A stretch of 64,000 bases of DNA from an uncultured bacterium (GCA_937920515.1 CALEUG010000003.1:2108-66107), one strand, 5' to 3'; positions 1 to 9,923 are shown, numbered from the stretch's first letter. Notes: generated from the letters alone by a model not told the origin. Made by a program: numbers and translations.

Positions 1-2
1 AA

Positions 3-1376
3 CTTGTCTTTCAGGTTCTCAACCCCCCTCGCCTGGATTTTGCGGCCGGCGGCCAGGCCGAAAAATCGGGTGGAATTGCCACGCCCAGCTTTTCGGTTGT
101 CGGGCTGTCCCGAATCCTCGGCCCGGTGGGTGCCGCCCTTACTGAATCAGTCCCGGACCCTGTAGCCCAGGCCGCTGCTGCCCTGAACGACATAGTTAAC
201 GGAAAGTTTGACCCCAAAAAGTTTTTCAGCGACAAGGCTAAAATCCTCGGCGGAATTCTGCTCCAGGATGTCATCGACCAGGTTAATGATTTCACCAGCC
301 CGGCCAACACCGGAAAAGCCCTGACCATCAAGAACGAACAGGTTTACGAAAGCGACGGCAAAACCCCGGCCGGACTCAAGACTCTTCTCAAATGGACTCC
401 TTCCGTCCATGACGTCCTGATATTCATCGCCAGCCGCGACGGGACCAGGTCCACACTGACTTTGAACGTGGAAGTCATTAACTATTTCAACGGAAAAGAA
501 TCGACTTACAAAGTCAAGGGAGAACTTACCGACTTCACCCTCGACCTGATCAAGGGCATCACCACCTTTATCCTGGTCAAATTCTCAAAATTTACCTTTA
601 CCTCAGAAAAAGGGAAGAAAACAGATGTCGACCCGAAAATCGCTTCCATCGATTTCCAGGGCCCGCTCAAATTCATAAAAGAACTTCTTGATAAAATTCC
701 GCTACCAGGAGGCTTCAGCGAGGCCGACGGAGGCTTTGGCGGAAAGCCGATAGTCAGGGTTGATACCTCCGGGGCCAGGCTGGGCTATGCCCTGTCAATT
801 CCCGACGTGGCCTTCGGAGTCTTCACCCTGCAGAACCTGAGTTTCAGCGGAGAAATTTACCTGCCTTTTACCGGCGACCCGGTTTCCCTGCGCTTTGCCT
901 TCAACGAAAAGAATAACCCCTTCCTGGTAACCGTGGCCATGTTCGGCGGCGGGGGGTTCTTCGCCATCGTGCTGCAGCCCCACGGCATCAAGCTCATCGA
1001 AGGTTCCCTGGAGTTCGGCGGCAGCTTTGCCATGAACATCGGCGTGGCCAGCGGCGGGGTTACCCTGATGGCCGGTATCTACTTCAAGTACGAAGACGAG
1101 GCCCTGACCCTGACCGGGTATGTCCGCTGCACCGGAGAGCTGGACGTCCTGGGACTCATCAGCATCTCGGCAGAATTTTACCTGTCGCTTACATACGAAG
1201 AAGCCCGTAACCGGGTCTGGGGCCAGGCCTCGCTGACCGTCAAAATCAAGATAGTCTTCTTCAGCATCAAGGTAACGTTGAAAGTTGAAAGAGAGTTCGG
1301 ACACTCACCGGCGCCGCTCTTCTGTGACCTGATGGAAGAAAAAGACTGGCTGGCTTACTGTGAAGCCTTTGCCTGA
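3..1376 (+). CDS. hypothetical protein, 5'-truncated by window edge (reading frame open from nt 3; ORF track shows GTG at 126 but no upstream stop). C-terminal half is Gly-rich with alternating hydrophobic stretches
   Basis: Frame 3 has no stop from nt 3 to the stop at 1374-1376. Coding-like composition. Followed 14 nt later by the next gene with a strong RBS. No recognisable family motif. Confidence 0.6.
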   Translation, partial: LVFQVLNPPRLDFAAGGQAEKSGGIATPSFSVVGLSRILGPVGAALTESVPDPVAQAAAALNDIVNGKFDPKKFFSDKAKILGGILLQDVIDQVNDFTSPANTGKALTIKNEQVYESDGKTPAGLKTLLKWTPSVHDVLIFIASRDGTRSTLTLNVEVINYFNGKESTYKVKGELTDFTLDLIKGITTFILVKFSKFTFTSEKGKKTDVDPKIASIDFQGPLKFIKELLDKIPLPGGFSEADGGFGGKPIVRVDTSGARLGYALSIPDVAFGVFTLQNLSFSGEIYLPFTGDPVSLRFAFNEKNNPFLVTVAMFGGGGFFAIVLQPHGIKLIEGSLEFGGSFAMNIGVASGGVTLMAGIYFKYEDEALTLTGYVRCTGELDVLGLISISAEFYLSLTYEEARNRVWGQASLTVKIKIVFFSIKVTLKVEREFGHSPAPLFCDLMEEKDWLAYCEAFA

Positions 1377-1390
1377 AAGGGAGGACGAGA

Positions 1391-4300
1391 ATGGCTAAAT
1401 CAACAATAATGTGGACCGTTTGTCCCAACGGAATTAAGGATGGCAAGCTGCAGTTTTCGGCCGCAGTCTCCATACGCCTGGAAGAAGGCTCAGGCGGAAA
1501 AACCCCGAGCCTCAATTTTTTCCCGGAAATACTTAACTGGCCAGAAACCGTTAAGGCCATAAATTTTGGAGTTATTTACGATAAGAGAAAGGCTGCCGGG
1601 CCAGCCGAAATCAGGAGAACCTCACCAGACCCGGAACCTGAACTCTGGCAGGCCATCTTCAAGCCTGAAGCACCCGTCTTCAATTTCAAGATGGCCGACC
1701 TGAGCAAGAACCTGGTGATATCCTACCCGGTAAAGAATGTCCTGACCTTTGTAGCCTCTCAGTATCTTAACGTGGCCGCAGAATCGCCCGAAGAACCACC
1801 GCCGATAGAAAAAGTTTTCCACACCGAGGGCCTGGCTCAAATCAGGCTTAAGCCCATTACCGATGTCCGTTTTGCCCAGACTGTTCAGCTCCGGACCACC
1901 CGGCAGGTTATGGCCCAGTCAGTCAGGCGGGAGGCCGAGAGTCAGAAGATAAGAGCGGTCCAGGTCACTCCCCTGCCCCAGCCGCCTAAAGATTTCTTCT
2001 TGCTCCGTGATTTTCACAGGCCAAAAAACAGGATAACCTTTGACCCCAAGACTAAACAACCGATTGTCAGGAGGGTGCCCATCACCAGACCGGAGATAGA
2101 TTTCCACCAGGCCCTGGCCTTCCTCACCAATTATCCAGCACTGATGAGACTCCTGGGCCTGGCCGTTGATTTTGAGATGGAAGTGCCGTCAGATTTTCCG
2201 GCCAGCGGCTGGATTAAAATTGTACCCGGGGGCCGGAGCGACGAAACGCCGAGAACAGCATATAACTTTGACCCGGCCCGTGGAATCTTTGAGGCCGCTT
2301 CCAGCAAAAGGCCACCAGAGGTGGTCAGAGGCTTCTTAAACCTGGCCGATGAAGAACAATATGACCTTGTTCAGCTCGATGTCGATGCCATAGCCCTGAA
2401 AACGGCCGAGCTGGCCGACACGGCCGAGACCAGGGAAAAAGCGGAGCTTCCAGCCCTGCGCTCAAGTGGCCTGGGCGTTGTAAGAAATGAGCAGGCCAGG
2501 AACATGGCCGAAGTCCTGGTTCGGGCCGTGGAACTTAACAATGATTTGGTGCGCAAAAGGGAAATAACACTCTTCGCTGAAGATTTAGTGCAGGGCTACC
2601 GGGTCGATGTCTGGGACGAAAAATCCAGGAAATGGCATTCCCTCTGCCAGCGTATCGGAACTTACCGCTTCCTCCGGCTGGACAGAGAACTAACCCTGGA
2701 AGACGAAGGTTTTATATCACCCGCCGTGACCCAGTCGGCAGACGAATCATCCGAAGATATTTTCGCCCATGAATCTCTTTTTCACTGGGACGGCTGGAGC
2801 TTAGTGGCCCCCCGACCCGGAAAGACCATCGACCCGAACGATAATCCGCAAACTATCGAAAACAAAGCCCTTACCGATTTTCTGCTGGAAACCAGGTTCA
2901 GGCCCAGGCCGGGTTCTCTGCCCAGGTTAAGATACGGAGTTGGCTACAGGCTAAGGGCCAGAGCCGTCGACCTGGCCGGAAACAGCCAGCCCCTGGAAAA
3001 TCCTGACGACAGCTGTGCTATTCCACCTCCTTCCAAGCCACCCTTTACCTTCAGCCGTTTTGACCCAGTGCCCTCGCCCCTGGTCATACCCCGTGAAGCA
3101 CCTAAAAGCGGAGAGAACGTGGACCACGTGGTCATAAAGAGTTTTAACGAATCCATAGAGAAGGACAATGTGCCCACCAACCAGGTTTCCGACCGCCACC
3201 TGGCCCCGCCAAAAATCTCCCAGCTGGACTCTGAATTTCATGGGATGTTTGACAGCGCTTCCGGGTTGAAGCCCGAAGTCTATTCTCTGATATGCCAGCG
3301 GGATGGAGGCCGGTTTAAAGAAATGGAGCCGGGCGAGCAGATAGAACTTCCTTACTTCCCTGACCCCTGGGCTCGCGGGGCCTGTATCCGCGGCTTGCCT
3401 TACGGAGCGCCCGACCCGATGCTGATTGAATTTTCAGGCGACTGGCCGGATTACAGGCCGTTTAGAATCAGATTGCAGGAAGGCAGTCAGCCTGCCCGCT
3501 GGGATAATTCCTCCCGCCTTCTGACTGTTTACCTGAAAAAGGGAGAATCGGTTACGTTGCGCCTGAGCTGTTATTTCCCTGAAAGATTACTGCCCGTCCA
3601 GGGACTTTACCGCTGGCTGGAAAAACCTGAAAGGATTATCCCGCAAAAAGTCATGCAGCCGCCGCGGGGTCTACCCGAAGGCCAGGTCCAGGTCCTGAAA
3701 ACCCTCCAGCCGCCCCGAATTGACCTGGCCAGAGTGCGCACGCTTTCGCTTCAGGGGCGCAACTGGTTGATGACACCCTTCAGAGAGATTACCCTGATTC
3801 ATGCCACTCTGCAGCCTGTCGGTAAACCGCGTCATAAATCACTGGAAGCCCGGAGAACGCTCGGCCAGACCTCAGCCATTCTATACGGAGAGTTTGAGCT
3901 CCACGGGCCTAGCACCTCCAAGGCCGAACTTCTGGCCGACTGGAAAGAGCCGGTGGATTACCTTAACGAACCCGGACCCAGGGTCCTGGATGGCAAAGCT
4001 CATGTCCTGGAATTCAAGGTAGACCCGGCCCAGACCTCGCTGACCCTGACTCCAGGGCCTGAAGCCGGAAGGACAGCAGCTCAACCAGGTACGACCCAAC
4101 TTCAGACCAGGTCGGCTTCAGTGGCCATGGTCAGGGCCCCGCAGACTCCGGTTTACCGCCATGAATTCGGCGACACCAGGTTCAGAAGGGTCTACTATCG
4201 CCTGCTTACGACCACTAGGTACATGGAGCAATTTCCCTCGAACGAACTGCCGGAAGAAACCGGATACACCAGAAGCAGCGACCCGGTGGAAGTCAAGGTG

Positions 4301-5383
4301 CTCAACACAGCTCCACCGGCCATGCCGAAAGTCGTTTACGTGGTACCATCTTTTAAGTGGGAAAGGAGCAAGAAAGGCTCTCAGATTACCAGCTTCAGGA
4401 AGAGCGCCCTCCGGGTTTATTTAGAAAGGCCATGGTATTCAAGTGGCGAGGGGGAGCTCCTGGCAGTAATCCTGCCGCCGGGAATCACGGTAACCCCGAA
4501 AAAGCCGGTGGTCGCTCCGGCCAGCCGGGCCGACGCACCGCAGGTTTCCCAGAGGATTCAGCCCCAGCTCCAGAGGAAAACCGTGCCCGGGGCTCTTCAG
4601 GTGAGTGTTCCTCCGGTGGCCGAGAAATACAAGCCCTACGTTACCATGTGGGGAGCCGACCCCATCTGGAGGTCAGGACCGGTGGCTCCGCCCGAGTATC
4701 CGTTGCCGGATGCCTTCCCTTCGGCGGTGGAAATAATGGGAGACCTGCCGCTTCTGGAATTGCCGGAAGATAAGAAATTCATCGCCGTCGGCCACCAGGT
4801 TGAATATGACGCCGAGCGGCAGTTGTGGTTCTGCGACTTAGAACTTGATTCCGGCCAGGCTTACTTTCCGTTTATCAGGCTGGCTCTGGCCAGGTTCCAG
4901 CCAGATTCAGTAGCCGGAGCTCATCTGTCACAGGTGGTGGTGGCCAATTTCGCCCAGATTCTGCCCGAAAGGAACCTGACCGTGACTTTCAATCCTTCAA
5001 GCCTCAAGGAAATCAGCATCAGCCTGTCGGGTGTGTCTTACATCCAGGGTTATGCCGGCAGCGGCCCGGGTGAGGTGGAGGTGGCCCTGGAAACCAAGAA
5101 ATTGAACCTGCCCGACGAGCTGGGCTGGGAACCGGTCGAAGATGCGGTCATTACCCTGAAACCGCAGCGGGCCGGGGCCACAGAAGTCGGCTCGTTTATC
5201 TGGCAGGGAGTTCTTAAACTCCCCTCGGGCCTGAAAATCCAGGATTACAGAATTGCGGTCCGGGAATATGAATTATTCGACACCGACGAAATGGATAAAG
5301 CCGCCAGGACCGTAGCCGCCGTCACCCATAAAAAGTATAAACGTTTAATATACGCCGAGACCATCAAGCTTCTGGACCTTTAA
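1391..5383 (+). CDS. large hypothetical protein (1330 aa), Pro-rich, with no signal peptide, TM segment, Walker A or HExxH motif seen
   Basis: Uninterrupted 3993-nt ORF. RBS AGGGAGGA sits 6 nt upstream of ATG 1391, immediately after the upstream gene, so the two look like a co-operonic pair. No known catalytic motifs found by eye. Confidence 0.65.
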   Translation: MAKSTIMWTVCPNGIKDGKLQFSAAVSIRLEEGSGGKTPSLNFFPEILNWPETVKAINFGVIYDKRKAAGPAEIRRTSPDPEPELWQAIFKPEAPVFNFKMADLSKNLVISYPVKNVLTFVASQYLNVAAESPEEPPPIEKVFHTEGLAQIRLKPITDVRFAQTVQLRTTRQVMAQSVRREAESQKIRAVQVTPLPQPPKDFFLLRDFHRPKNRITFDPKTKQPIVRRVPITRPEIDFHQALAFLTNYPALMRLLGLAVDFEMEVPSDFPASGWIKIVPGGRSDETPRTAYNFDPARGIFEAASSKRPPEVVRGFLNLADEEQYDLVQLDVDAIALKTAELADTAETREKAELPALRSSGLGVVRNEQARNMAEVLVRAVELNNDLVRKREITLFAEDLVQGYRVDVWDEKSRKWHSLCQRIGTYRFLRLDRELTLEDEGFISPAVTQSADESSEDIFAHESLFHWDGWSLVAPRPGKTIDPNDNPQTIENKALTDFLLETRFRPRPGSLPRLRYGVGYRLRARAVDLAGNSQPLENPDDSCAIPPPSKPPFTFSRFDPVPSPLVIPREAPKSGENVDHVVIKSFNESIEKDNVPTNQVSDRHLAPPKISQLDSEFHGMFDSASGLKPEVYSLICQRDGGRFKEMEPGEQIELPYFPDPWARGACIRGLPYGAPDPMLIEFSGDWPDYRPFRIRLQEGSQPARWDNSSRLLTVYLKKGESVTLRLSCYFPERLLPVQGLYRWLEKPERIIPQKVMQPPRGLPEGQVQVLKTLQPPRIDLARVRTLSLQGRNWLMTPFREITLIHATLQPVGKPRHKSLEARRTLGQTSAILYGEFELHGPSTSKAELLADWKEPVDYLNEPGPRVLDGKAHVLEFKVDPAQTSLTLTPGPEAGRTAAQPGTTQLQTRSASVAMVRAPQTPVYRHEFGDTRFRRVYYRLLTTTRYMEQFPSNELPEETGYTRSSDPVEVKVLNTAPPAMPKVVYVVPSFKWERSKKGSQITSFRKSALRVYLERPWYSSGEGELLAVILPPGITVTPKKPVVAPASRADAPQVSQRIQPQLQRKTVPGALQVSVPPVAEKYKPYVTMWGADPIWRSGPVAPPEYPLPDAFPSAVEIMGDLPLLELPEDKKFIAVGHQVEYDAERQLWFCDLELDSGQAYFPFIRLALARFQPDSVAGAHLSQVVVANFAQILPERNLTVTFNPSSLKEISISLSGVSYIQGYAGSGPGEVEVALETKKLNLPDELGWEPVEDAVITLKPQRAGATEVGSFIWQGVLKLPSGLKIQDYRIAVREYELFDTDEMDKAARTVAAVTHKKYKRLIYAETIKLLDL

Positions 5384-5686
5384 AAGGATCTGGCTGAAAA
5401 CTTAATCTTATTTACTGTGCCCAAGGAAAGAGCCAGGTCTAAGGGCCATTTCTCCGGTTCAGCTAACAACACCCTGGAAAACGATTTTTATATTTTACCT
5501 CTTCTCTTTACTAAACTCTTTTTATGATTTTTCTGATTTCTTTTGTTCTCAACATTTCTGCTCGGGCTTAAGTTCTCCTGTGGTTAATTTTTAATACCGG
5601 ACAAAAAACAAAAAATAACAATTGAGGCTGATAAAATTGATAAAATACTGATCAGGTATTGAATGAGGAGATTTTGAATTTCGATA

Positions 5687-7000
5687 TCAGCCCAGATAAG
5701 CCTTTTTGGCCCTTATGGCGGCGGATCTGTGATCGACGATGGGTTGGTGGTAGCCTGGAATGTCCAGCGCCTTAATTGCACCGCAATCAACCTTCTTCAG
5801 CTCCGGCAGGTATTTTTTTATGTAGCGGCAGTCGGGGTCGTATTTTTCAGTTTGCAGTTGCGGGTTGAACATCCGCAGGGGCCTGGGGTCGGCTCCGACC
5901 GAGGCTGACCACTGCCAGTTACCGGTGTTGACCACCTCATCATAATCCAGAAGATATTTTTTGAATAACTTCTCCCCTATCCTCCAGTCAATCAGCAGGT
6001 CCTTGGTCAGGAAAGAAGCCACAATCAACCTGGCCCGGTTATGCATCCAGCCTTCTTCTTTGAGCTGGTTTATGGCGGCATCGATAACGGGATAACCGGT
6101 GCGGGCCTCTTCCACCGCCCTGATGTCTTCGTCGCGGTTGAGCCATTTGAGGCCCCGGCGTTTCTCCTGGAATTCCAGGTTTTCGGTCCAGGGGAAATGA
6201 TAACGAATGTGGTACCAGAACTCCCGCCAGGCCAGTTCTTTTACGAACTGGCTGTCCGCTTCCAGTCTCTTTCTGACCGCCGCCAGCACTTCCCTGATGG
6301 AGACCAGCCCGAACCTTATGGCCACCGACAGGCGACTGGTACCGTCTGTGGCCAGCTTGTTCCGGCCTTCGTCGTAAACGCGGAAATCATACTGCTTGAG
6401 CCTTCGCCCGGCATAATCAACCTTCCAGTATCTGTTAATCTCGTGGGGTACTAACTTCAAGGTTTCGGTTAGCGATGGCAATTTAAGGACTGGCGTTTTA
6501 AGAAGTTCGGGTTCCGGTTTGAGGCTTAAATCCTCAGAGGCTAAAGCCGCGTTCCACAGCCTGAAAAACGGGCTGTAGACTTTACGGGCCTCAATTTTTT
6601 CCGGTGGCACCAGCAGGGAGTCATTGAAATCCTTAAAAATAACCCCAGCCTGGCGGCAAAGAGCTTCCACTTTCTTCTGGGTTTTCTCTCCGGTCCAGGA
6701 ATAGCTGCGGTTGGTGTAAAGGGCGTCGGGTTTAAGCCGGGTAATGAGCCGGGCAAAAATTTCTTCAGGTTGCCCGTAGAAGCAATAGAGCCGGCTGGCC
6801 CGGGCCCGGAGTCTGGCTTCCAGCTGCTCCAGGGCTGAAGCCAGAAAACCGGTTCTCCAGGCAGGGCCATTCAGGCCGGACAATAACTTCCTATCAAAAA
6901 TGAAGACGGGAATTATCTCGGCCGAAAGAGCGGACAGCTCATACAGGCCGCGGTTGTCCTTGAGCCTTAAATCTCTCTTGAACCAGAAAATAGACCGCAC
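5687..7000 (-). CDS. phrB: deoxyribodipyrimidine photolyase (cryptochrome/photolyase family, FAD-binding)
   Basis: N-terminal WFKRDLRLKDN photolyase motif. C-terminal FAD-binding signature WREFWYHI...TGYPVIDAAINQL...GWMHNRARLIVASFL...NWQWSASVG. GTG start preceded by GGAAGGTGAA. Confidence 0.85.
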   Translation of the reverse strand: MRSIFWFKRDLRLKDNRGLYELSALSAEIIPVFIFDRKLLSGLNGPAWRTGFLASALEQLEARLRARASRLYCFYGQPEEIFARLITRLKPDALYTNRSYSWTGEKTQKKVEALCRQAGVIFKDFNDSLLVPPEKIEARKVYSPFFRLWNAALASEDLSLKPEPELLKTPVLKLPSLTETLKLVPHEINRYWKVDYAGRRLKQYDFRVYDEGRNKLATDGTSRLSVAIRFGLVSIREVLAAVRKRLEADSQFVKELAWREFWYHIRYHFPWTENLEFQEKRRGLKWLNRDEDIRAVEEARTGYPVIDAAINQLKEEGWMHNRARLIVASFLTKDLLIDWRIGEKLFKKYLLDYDEVVNTGNWQWSASVGADPRPLRMFNPQLQTEKYDPDCRYIKKYLPELKKVDCGAIKALDIPGYHQPIVDHRSAAIRAKKAYLG

Positions 7001-7047
7001 TTCACCTTCCCGGCTTGAGCTGATCGCCGGCCTGAACGGATCATAAA

Positions 7048-7548
7048 TTAATAGCTAATCTTTTTGACCACGATGCTGGGCACCAGGCGATATCCGTTAC
7101 CATCCGGAACGGCGGATTGAGCTGCGTCAAAATCCAGGGTCACTTTTACTTTCCCATCCTCGAGCACCGTAAAATTAACAGGAACCGTGATGGTCAGCGG
7201 CGTATTGATGTTTATCTGGAAACTCCGGCCATTGACGACAACCTCGGCATTGGTGATTACCAGCTTGATACCGGTATAAGTCCCAGGCGGAAGATCTGCC
7301 TGGCAGACCTTCTCTTCCCTGTTTCTCAGCAGGAGCAGGTCATAGGTCCTGGGCCCGGCTAAAAGATTATCAGTCCAGGTGCCGTCCTCCAGCCTTAAAT
7401 ATATCTGGCTGATGGTAACATAAAAATGCTCCAGGCCGGCCAGAGGAGCATCGGTCAGATAAAGCTCGAAGTTAGATGACCTGTCAGGAGAACAGCCAGA
7501 CTGAATTAAGAGAAGAATCCCCGTTAAGATCAGGACCTTCCTTTTCAT
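7048..7548 (-). CDS. lipoprotein, DUF4382-like
   Basis: Signal peptide plus lipobox (LLLIQSGCS). Pattern LTDAPL...LPPGTYTGIKLVI...VNGRSF...LDFDAAQSAVPDGNGYRLVPSIVV resembles DUF4382 family lipoproteins. Confidence 0.55.
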   Translation of the reverse strand: MKRKVLILTGILLLIQSGCSPDRSSNFELYLTDAPLAGLEHFYVTISQIYLRLEDGTWTDNLLAGPRTYDLLLLRNREEKVCQADLPPGTYTGIKLVITNAEVVVNGRSFQININTPLTITVPVNFTVLEDGKVKVTLDFDAAQSAVPDGNGYRLVPSIVVKKISY

Positions 7549-7667
7549 GTTTAACCTCCCTGGCTGCTTTAAACTTAAGACATCCGCGGTCAGCTGTCAA
7601 TAACGGAGCGAAAGCCGGCCTTAATAAAATGACCCGCGAGACCCGGCTCCTGAAAACAGCCCTGCTA

Positions 7668-8375
7668 TTATTTTCTTCCCTCCACGTACTTTTTTACCCT
7701 GGCCAGGGAAGAACGGACGTTGCTCCTTTCAAGCCAGTTGCGGAGAAAAGCCGGGACAGGGAAAGCAGGTTTGACCAGGCTTCCGTAACGGGCCACCGTC
7801 CTGTGGTCGTCGTACCTGAACAGTTTCCAGAAACCGTGGAGTTCTTTCAGGTCGTGCGGTTCGTTGCGGTCGAGCTCCCACCACAGGTAAAACTGCCCGG
7901 GGTTGAAATGATGGATGACAGTATAGCGGACCTTCTGGCCCATCACTTTGACCAGAAAAAACATCCGGTTATAATCCTGACCCTGCTCAACCATCTTTAA
8001 CTCTTCGATTTCTTCGATATAGTCTGCCTGGCGCTCGGTGGCCGAAAGAATTGCCCAGGCCTGCTCGACGGGAACCTCAAAAATCAGGGCAGCCGAAATT
8101 ATGGTTTTGCCCTCGGACTCCACTTCGCGGGGAAAAACCAGCACCACCTGGCCGGCCAGCACTTTATTCTTCTGCTCTTCAGTTAGCCCCTTCAAACCAT
8201 CGGGGCCAAAGTCGGGCCCAGCCTGATGTATTTGAAGGTCCCCGGCGGGCTGAAATCTTAATCCGGTTAGGTCTTCACCGCAAACCCGATTGGAGGCAAT
8301 TCCGGTTGCCGGTGGCCTGGCACAAAGAGTGATAACTAAAATGCTGTTAATAATAATCAGTAAACTTCTTTTCAT
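7668..8375 (-). CDS. secreted protein, tentatively SRPBCC/START-like fold
   Basis: N-terminal signal peptide. Weak resemblance to polyketide-cyclase/SRPBCC proteins in the C-terminal half. Call is tentative. Confidence 0.35.
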   Translation of the reverse strand: MKRSLLIIINSILVITLCARPPATGIASNRVCGEDLTGLRFQPAGDLQIHQAGPDFGPDGLKGLTEEQKNKVLAGQVVLVFPREVESEGKTIISAALIFEVPVEQAWAILSATERQADYIEEIEELKMVEQGQDYNRMFFLVKVMGQKVRYTVIHHFNPGQFYLWWELDRNEPHDLKELHGFWKLFRYDDHRTVARYGSLVKPAFPVPAFLRNWLERSNVRSSLARVKKYVEGRK

Positions 8376-8546
8376 CAGTTAAACCTCAAGATTCTCCAGC
8401 CCGGGTTCATGAAAATTCCTTCTGATACTGGCATCAAACTGACCATTTATGGTACCCTACGAGAAAATTATCCCGCGGGTTGTCCTCAGTCAAGTCCGCC
8501 GCAGTGTTGACCGGCCTGCCCGATTGTGTTTAAATTATGAGGAGCC

Positions 8547-8632
8547 GCCGGGGTGGCGGAATTGGTAGACGCAAGGGACTTAAAATCCCTCGGGGTGTAA
8601 ACTCCGTGCCGGTTCGAGTCCGGCCCTCGGCA
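8547..8632 (+). tRNA. tRNA-Leu (anticodon TAA), class II with long variable arm
   Basis: Cloverleaf folds by eye. Acceptor GCCGGGG/CCTCGGC, D-arm GCGGAATTGGTAGACGC, anticodon stem AGGGA/TCCCT with loop CTTAAAA, long variable arm, T-arm GCCGG-TTCGAGT-CCGGC, discriminator A. No encoded CCA. Confidence 0.9.
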
Positions 8633-9047
8633 TTTCCTTTCTTTATCTTTCTTTCCCCTTCAGTCTTATTAGCTTCACCGGCAACATATCTTCTGTACCT
8701 GGCAACAATCCGCCATCTTTCTCAAAGACTGAACAAATCTAATCTATTTTTGCTTTACGATAAGGCTTTCTTTTGTGGCCGGCCTGATCAGGGCTGACCC
8801 AACAGCCGGTCAAGAATGTCTTCGGCCGCTTCAGCCGGCAGTTCTGGAGAGAAATTTTAGTTGTCAGAAACCCGGTCAAACCCTGGTAAAACTGAAGGCC
8901 GGCAGGTTCATATTCATACTTGTGTTGTTTAAGGGCCTGATTCCCTGCCTATAAATTAGGAACAACTTCCCTATTCCAATCTGGTCCAAGGTGGATATTG
9001 AGAGAATGGACCCCTTCAAAATAAAAATGGTCGGCAGTCACCCCCGG

Positions 9048-9076
9048 TTGACAGCCCCCGGCCGGGGGACTAATCT
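9048..9076 (+). promoter_or_regulatory. putative sigma70-type promoter of the hemerythrin gene (TTGACA-17-TAATCT) with a perfect GC palindrome CCCCCGGCCGGGGG inside the spacer
   Basis: TTGACA at 9048-9053, 17-nt spacer, TAATCT at 9071-9076. RBS AGGGAGGGG at 9081-9089, ATG at 9093. Confidence 0.4.
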
Positions 9077-9092
9077 GGATAGGGAGGGGAAA

Positions 9093-9662
9093 ATGAAATC
9101 CACAGATGAATTGAAAAAGGAACACCGGGCAATTAAAATTATGTTGAATATAATGACCGAGCTGGCCAGGAGGCTGGAAGCAGGCCAGGGGGCCGACCTT
9201 AAAGACCTTAACGACATCCTGGAGTTTTTAATGATATTCGCCGACAAGTGCCATCAGGCCAAGGAAGAAGAGCTGTTATTTCCGGCCTTGGAAAAAGCTG
9301 GCATCCCGGGTGAACAGAACCAGGTCAGAGCCAGGCTGGCCGAACACCAGGCTGGCCGGGCGCTGGTAAAGGATATGGATGAGGCCGTGAGCGGGATAGC
9401 CCGCGGTGAAGACCGGGCCGGATTGAATTTCGCCAGACAGGCCAGGGCTTATGCCGAACTTCTGGCTGCTCATATAGATAAGGAAGATAATGTGCTGTTT
9501 CCGCTGGCTGATAAAAGGCTCAGCCAGAAAGCCCGGGGCAAGCTTAAGATAGGGTTTGAGAACATAGAGCGCCAGATTGTCGGTCCCGGCCGCCACCAGG
9601 AATTCCACCGGTTGCTGGACAGACTGGCGGGAAAATACCTGGTTAGAGATGAATCAGGCTGA
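9093..9662 (+). CDS. hemerythrin HHE cation-binding domain protein
   Basis: Repeated H...E pairs (KEHRAIKIML, HQAKEEELLFP, HIDKEDNVLFP). Start moved from the ORF-track 8991 to the internal ATG 9093, which has a strong SD. Confidence 0.75.
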   Translation: MKSTDELKKEHRAIKIMLNIMTELARRLEAGQGADLKDLNDILEFLMIFADKCHQAKEEELLFPALEKAGIPGEQNQVRARLAEHQAGRALVKDMDEAVSGIARGEDRAGLNFARQARAYAELLAAHIDKEDNVLFPLADKRLSQKARGKLKIGFENIERQIVGPGRHQEFHRLLDRLAGKYLVRDESG

Positions 9663-9690
9663 ACGCAGATTATGAGAGAAGAAAAAAAAG

Positions 9691-9894
9691 ATGGATGAAA
9701 AAGACCTGAGCCGGATGAGCGACGAAGAACTCAAAGAGTTCATAAAGAGATTCTACGCCGAAATGGATAAGAAGCCGGATTGCGCCCTTTGCCCGGTGAC
9801 CTCCTGCCCACGGCGCCGCTCTCCACAGCTCCAGGAAAACGGAGAACTTTCAGATGACGACGAATCACCGGGTAAAAATCGGGATTCCAGATAA
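9691..9894 (+). CDS. small hypothetical protein (67 aa) with CALCPVTSC cysteine motif and acidic C-terminus
   Basis: Intergenic ORF with an A-rich upstream region. No homology recognised. Could be spurious. Confidence 0.3.
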   Translation: MDEKDLSRMSDEELKEFIKRFYAEMDKKPDCALCPVTSCPRRRSPQLQENGELSDDDESPGKNRDSR

Positions 9895-9923
9895 ATTCTG
9901 AAACCGGAACAAGCCGCAGACTG

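Noticed and set aside
8537-8797. 86-aa ORF overlapping tRNA-Leu
   Set aside because: Reads through the tRNA gene. Arg/Gly-rich junk translation.
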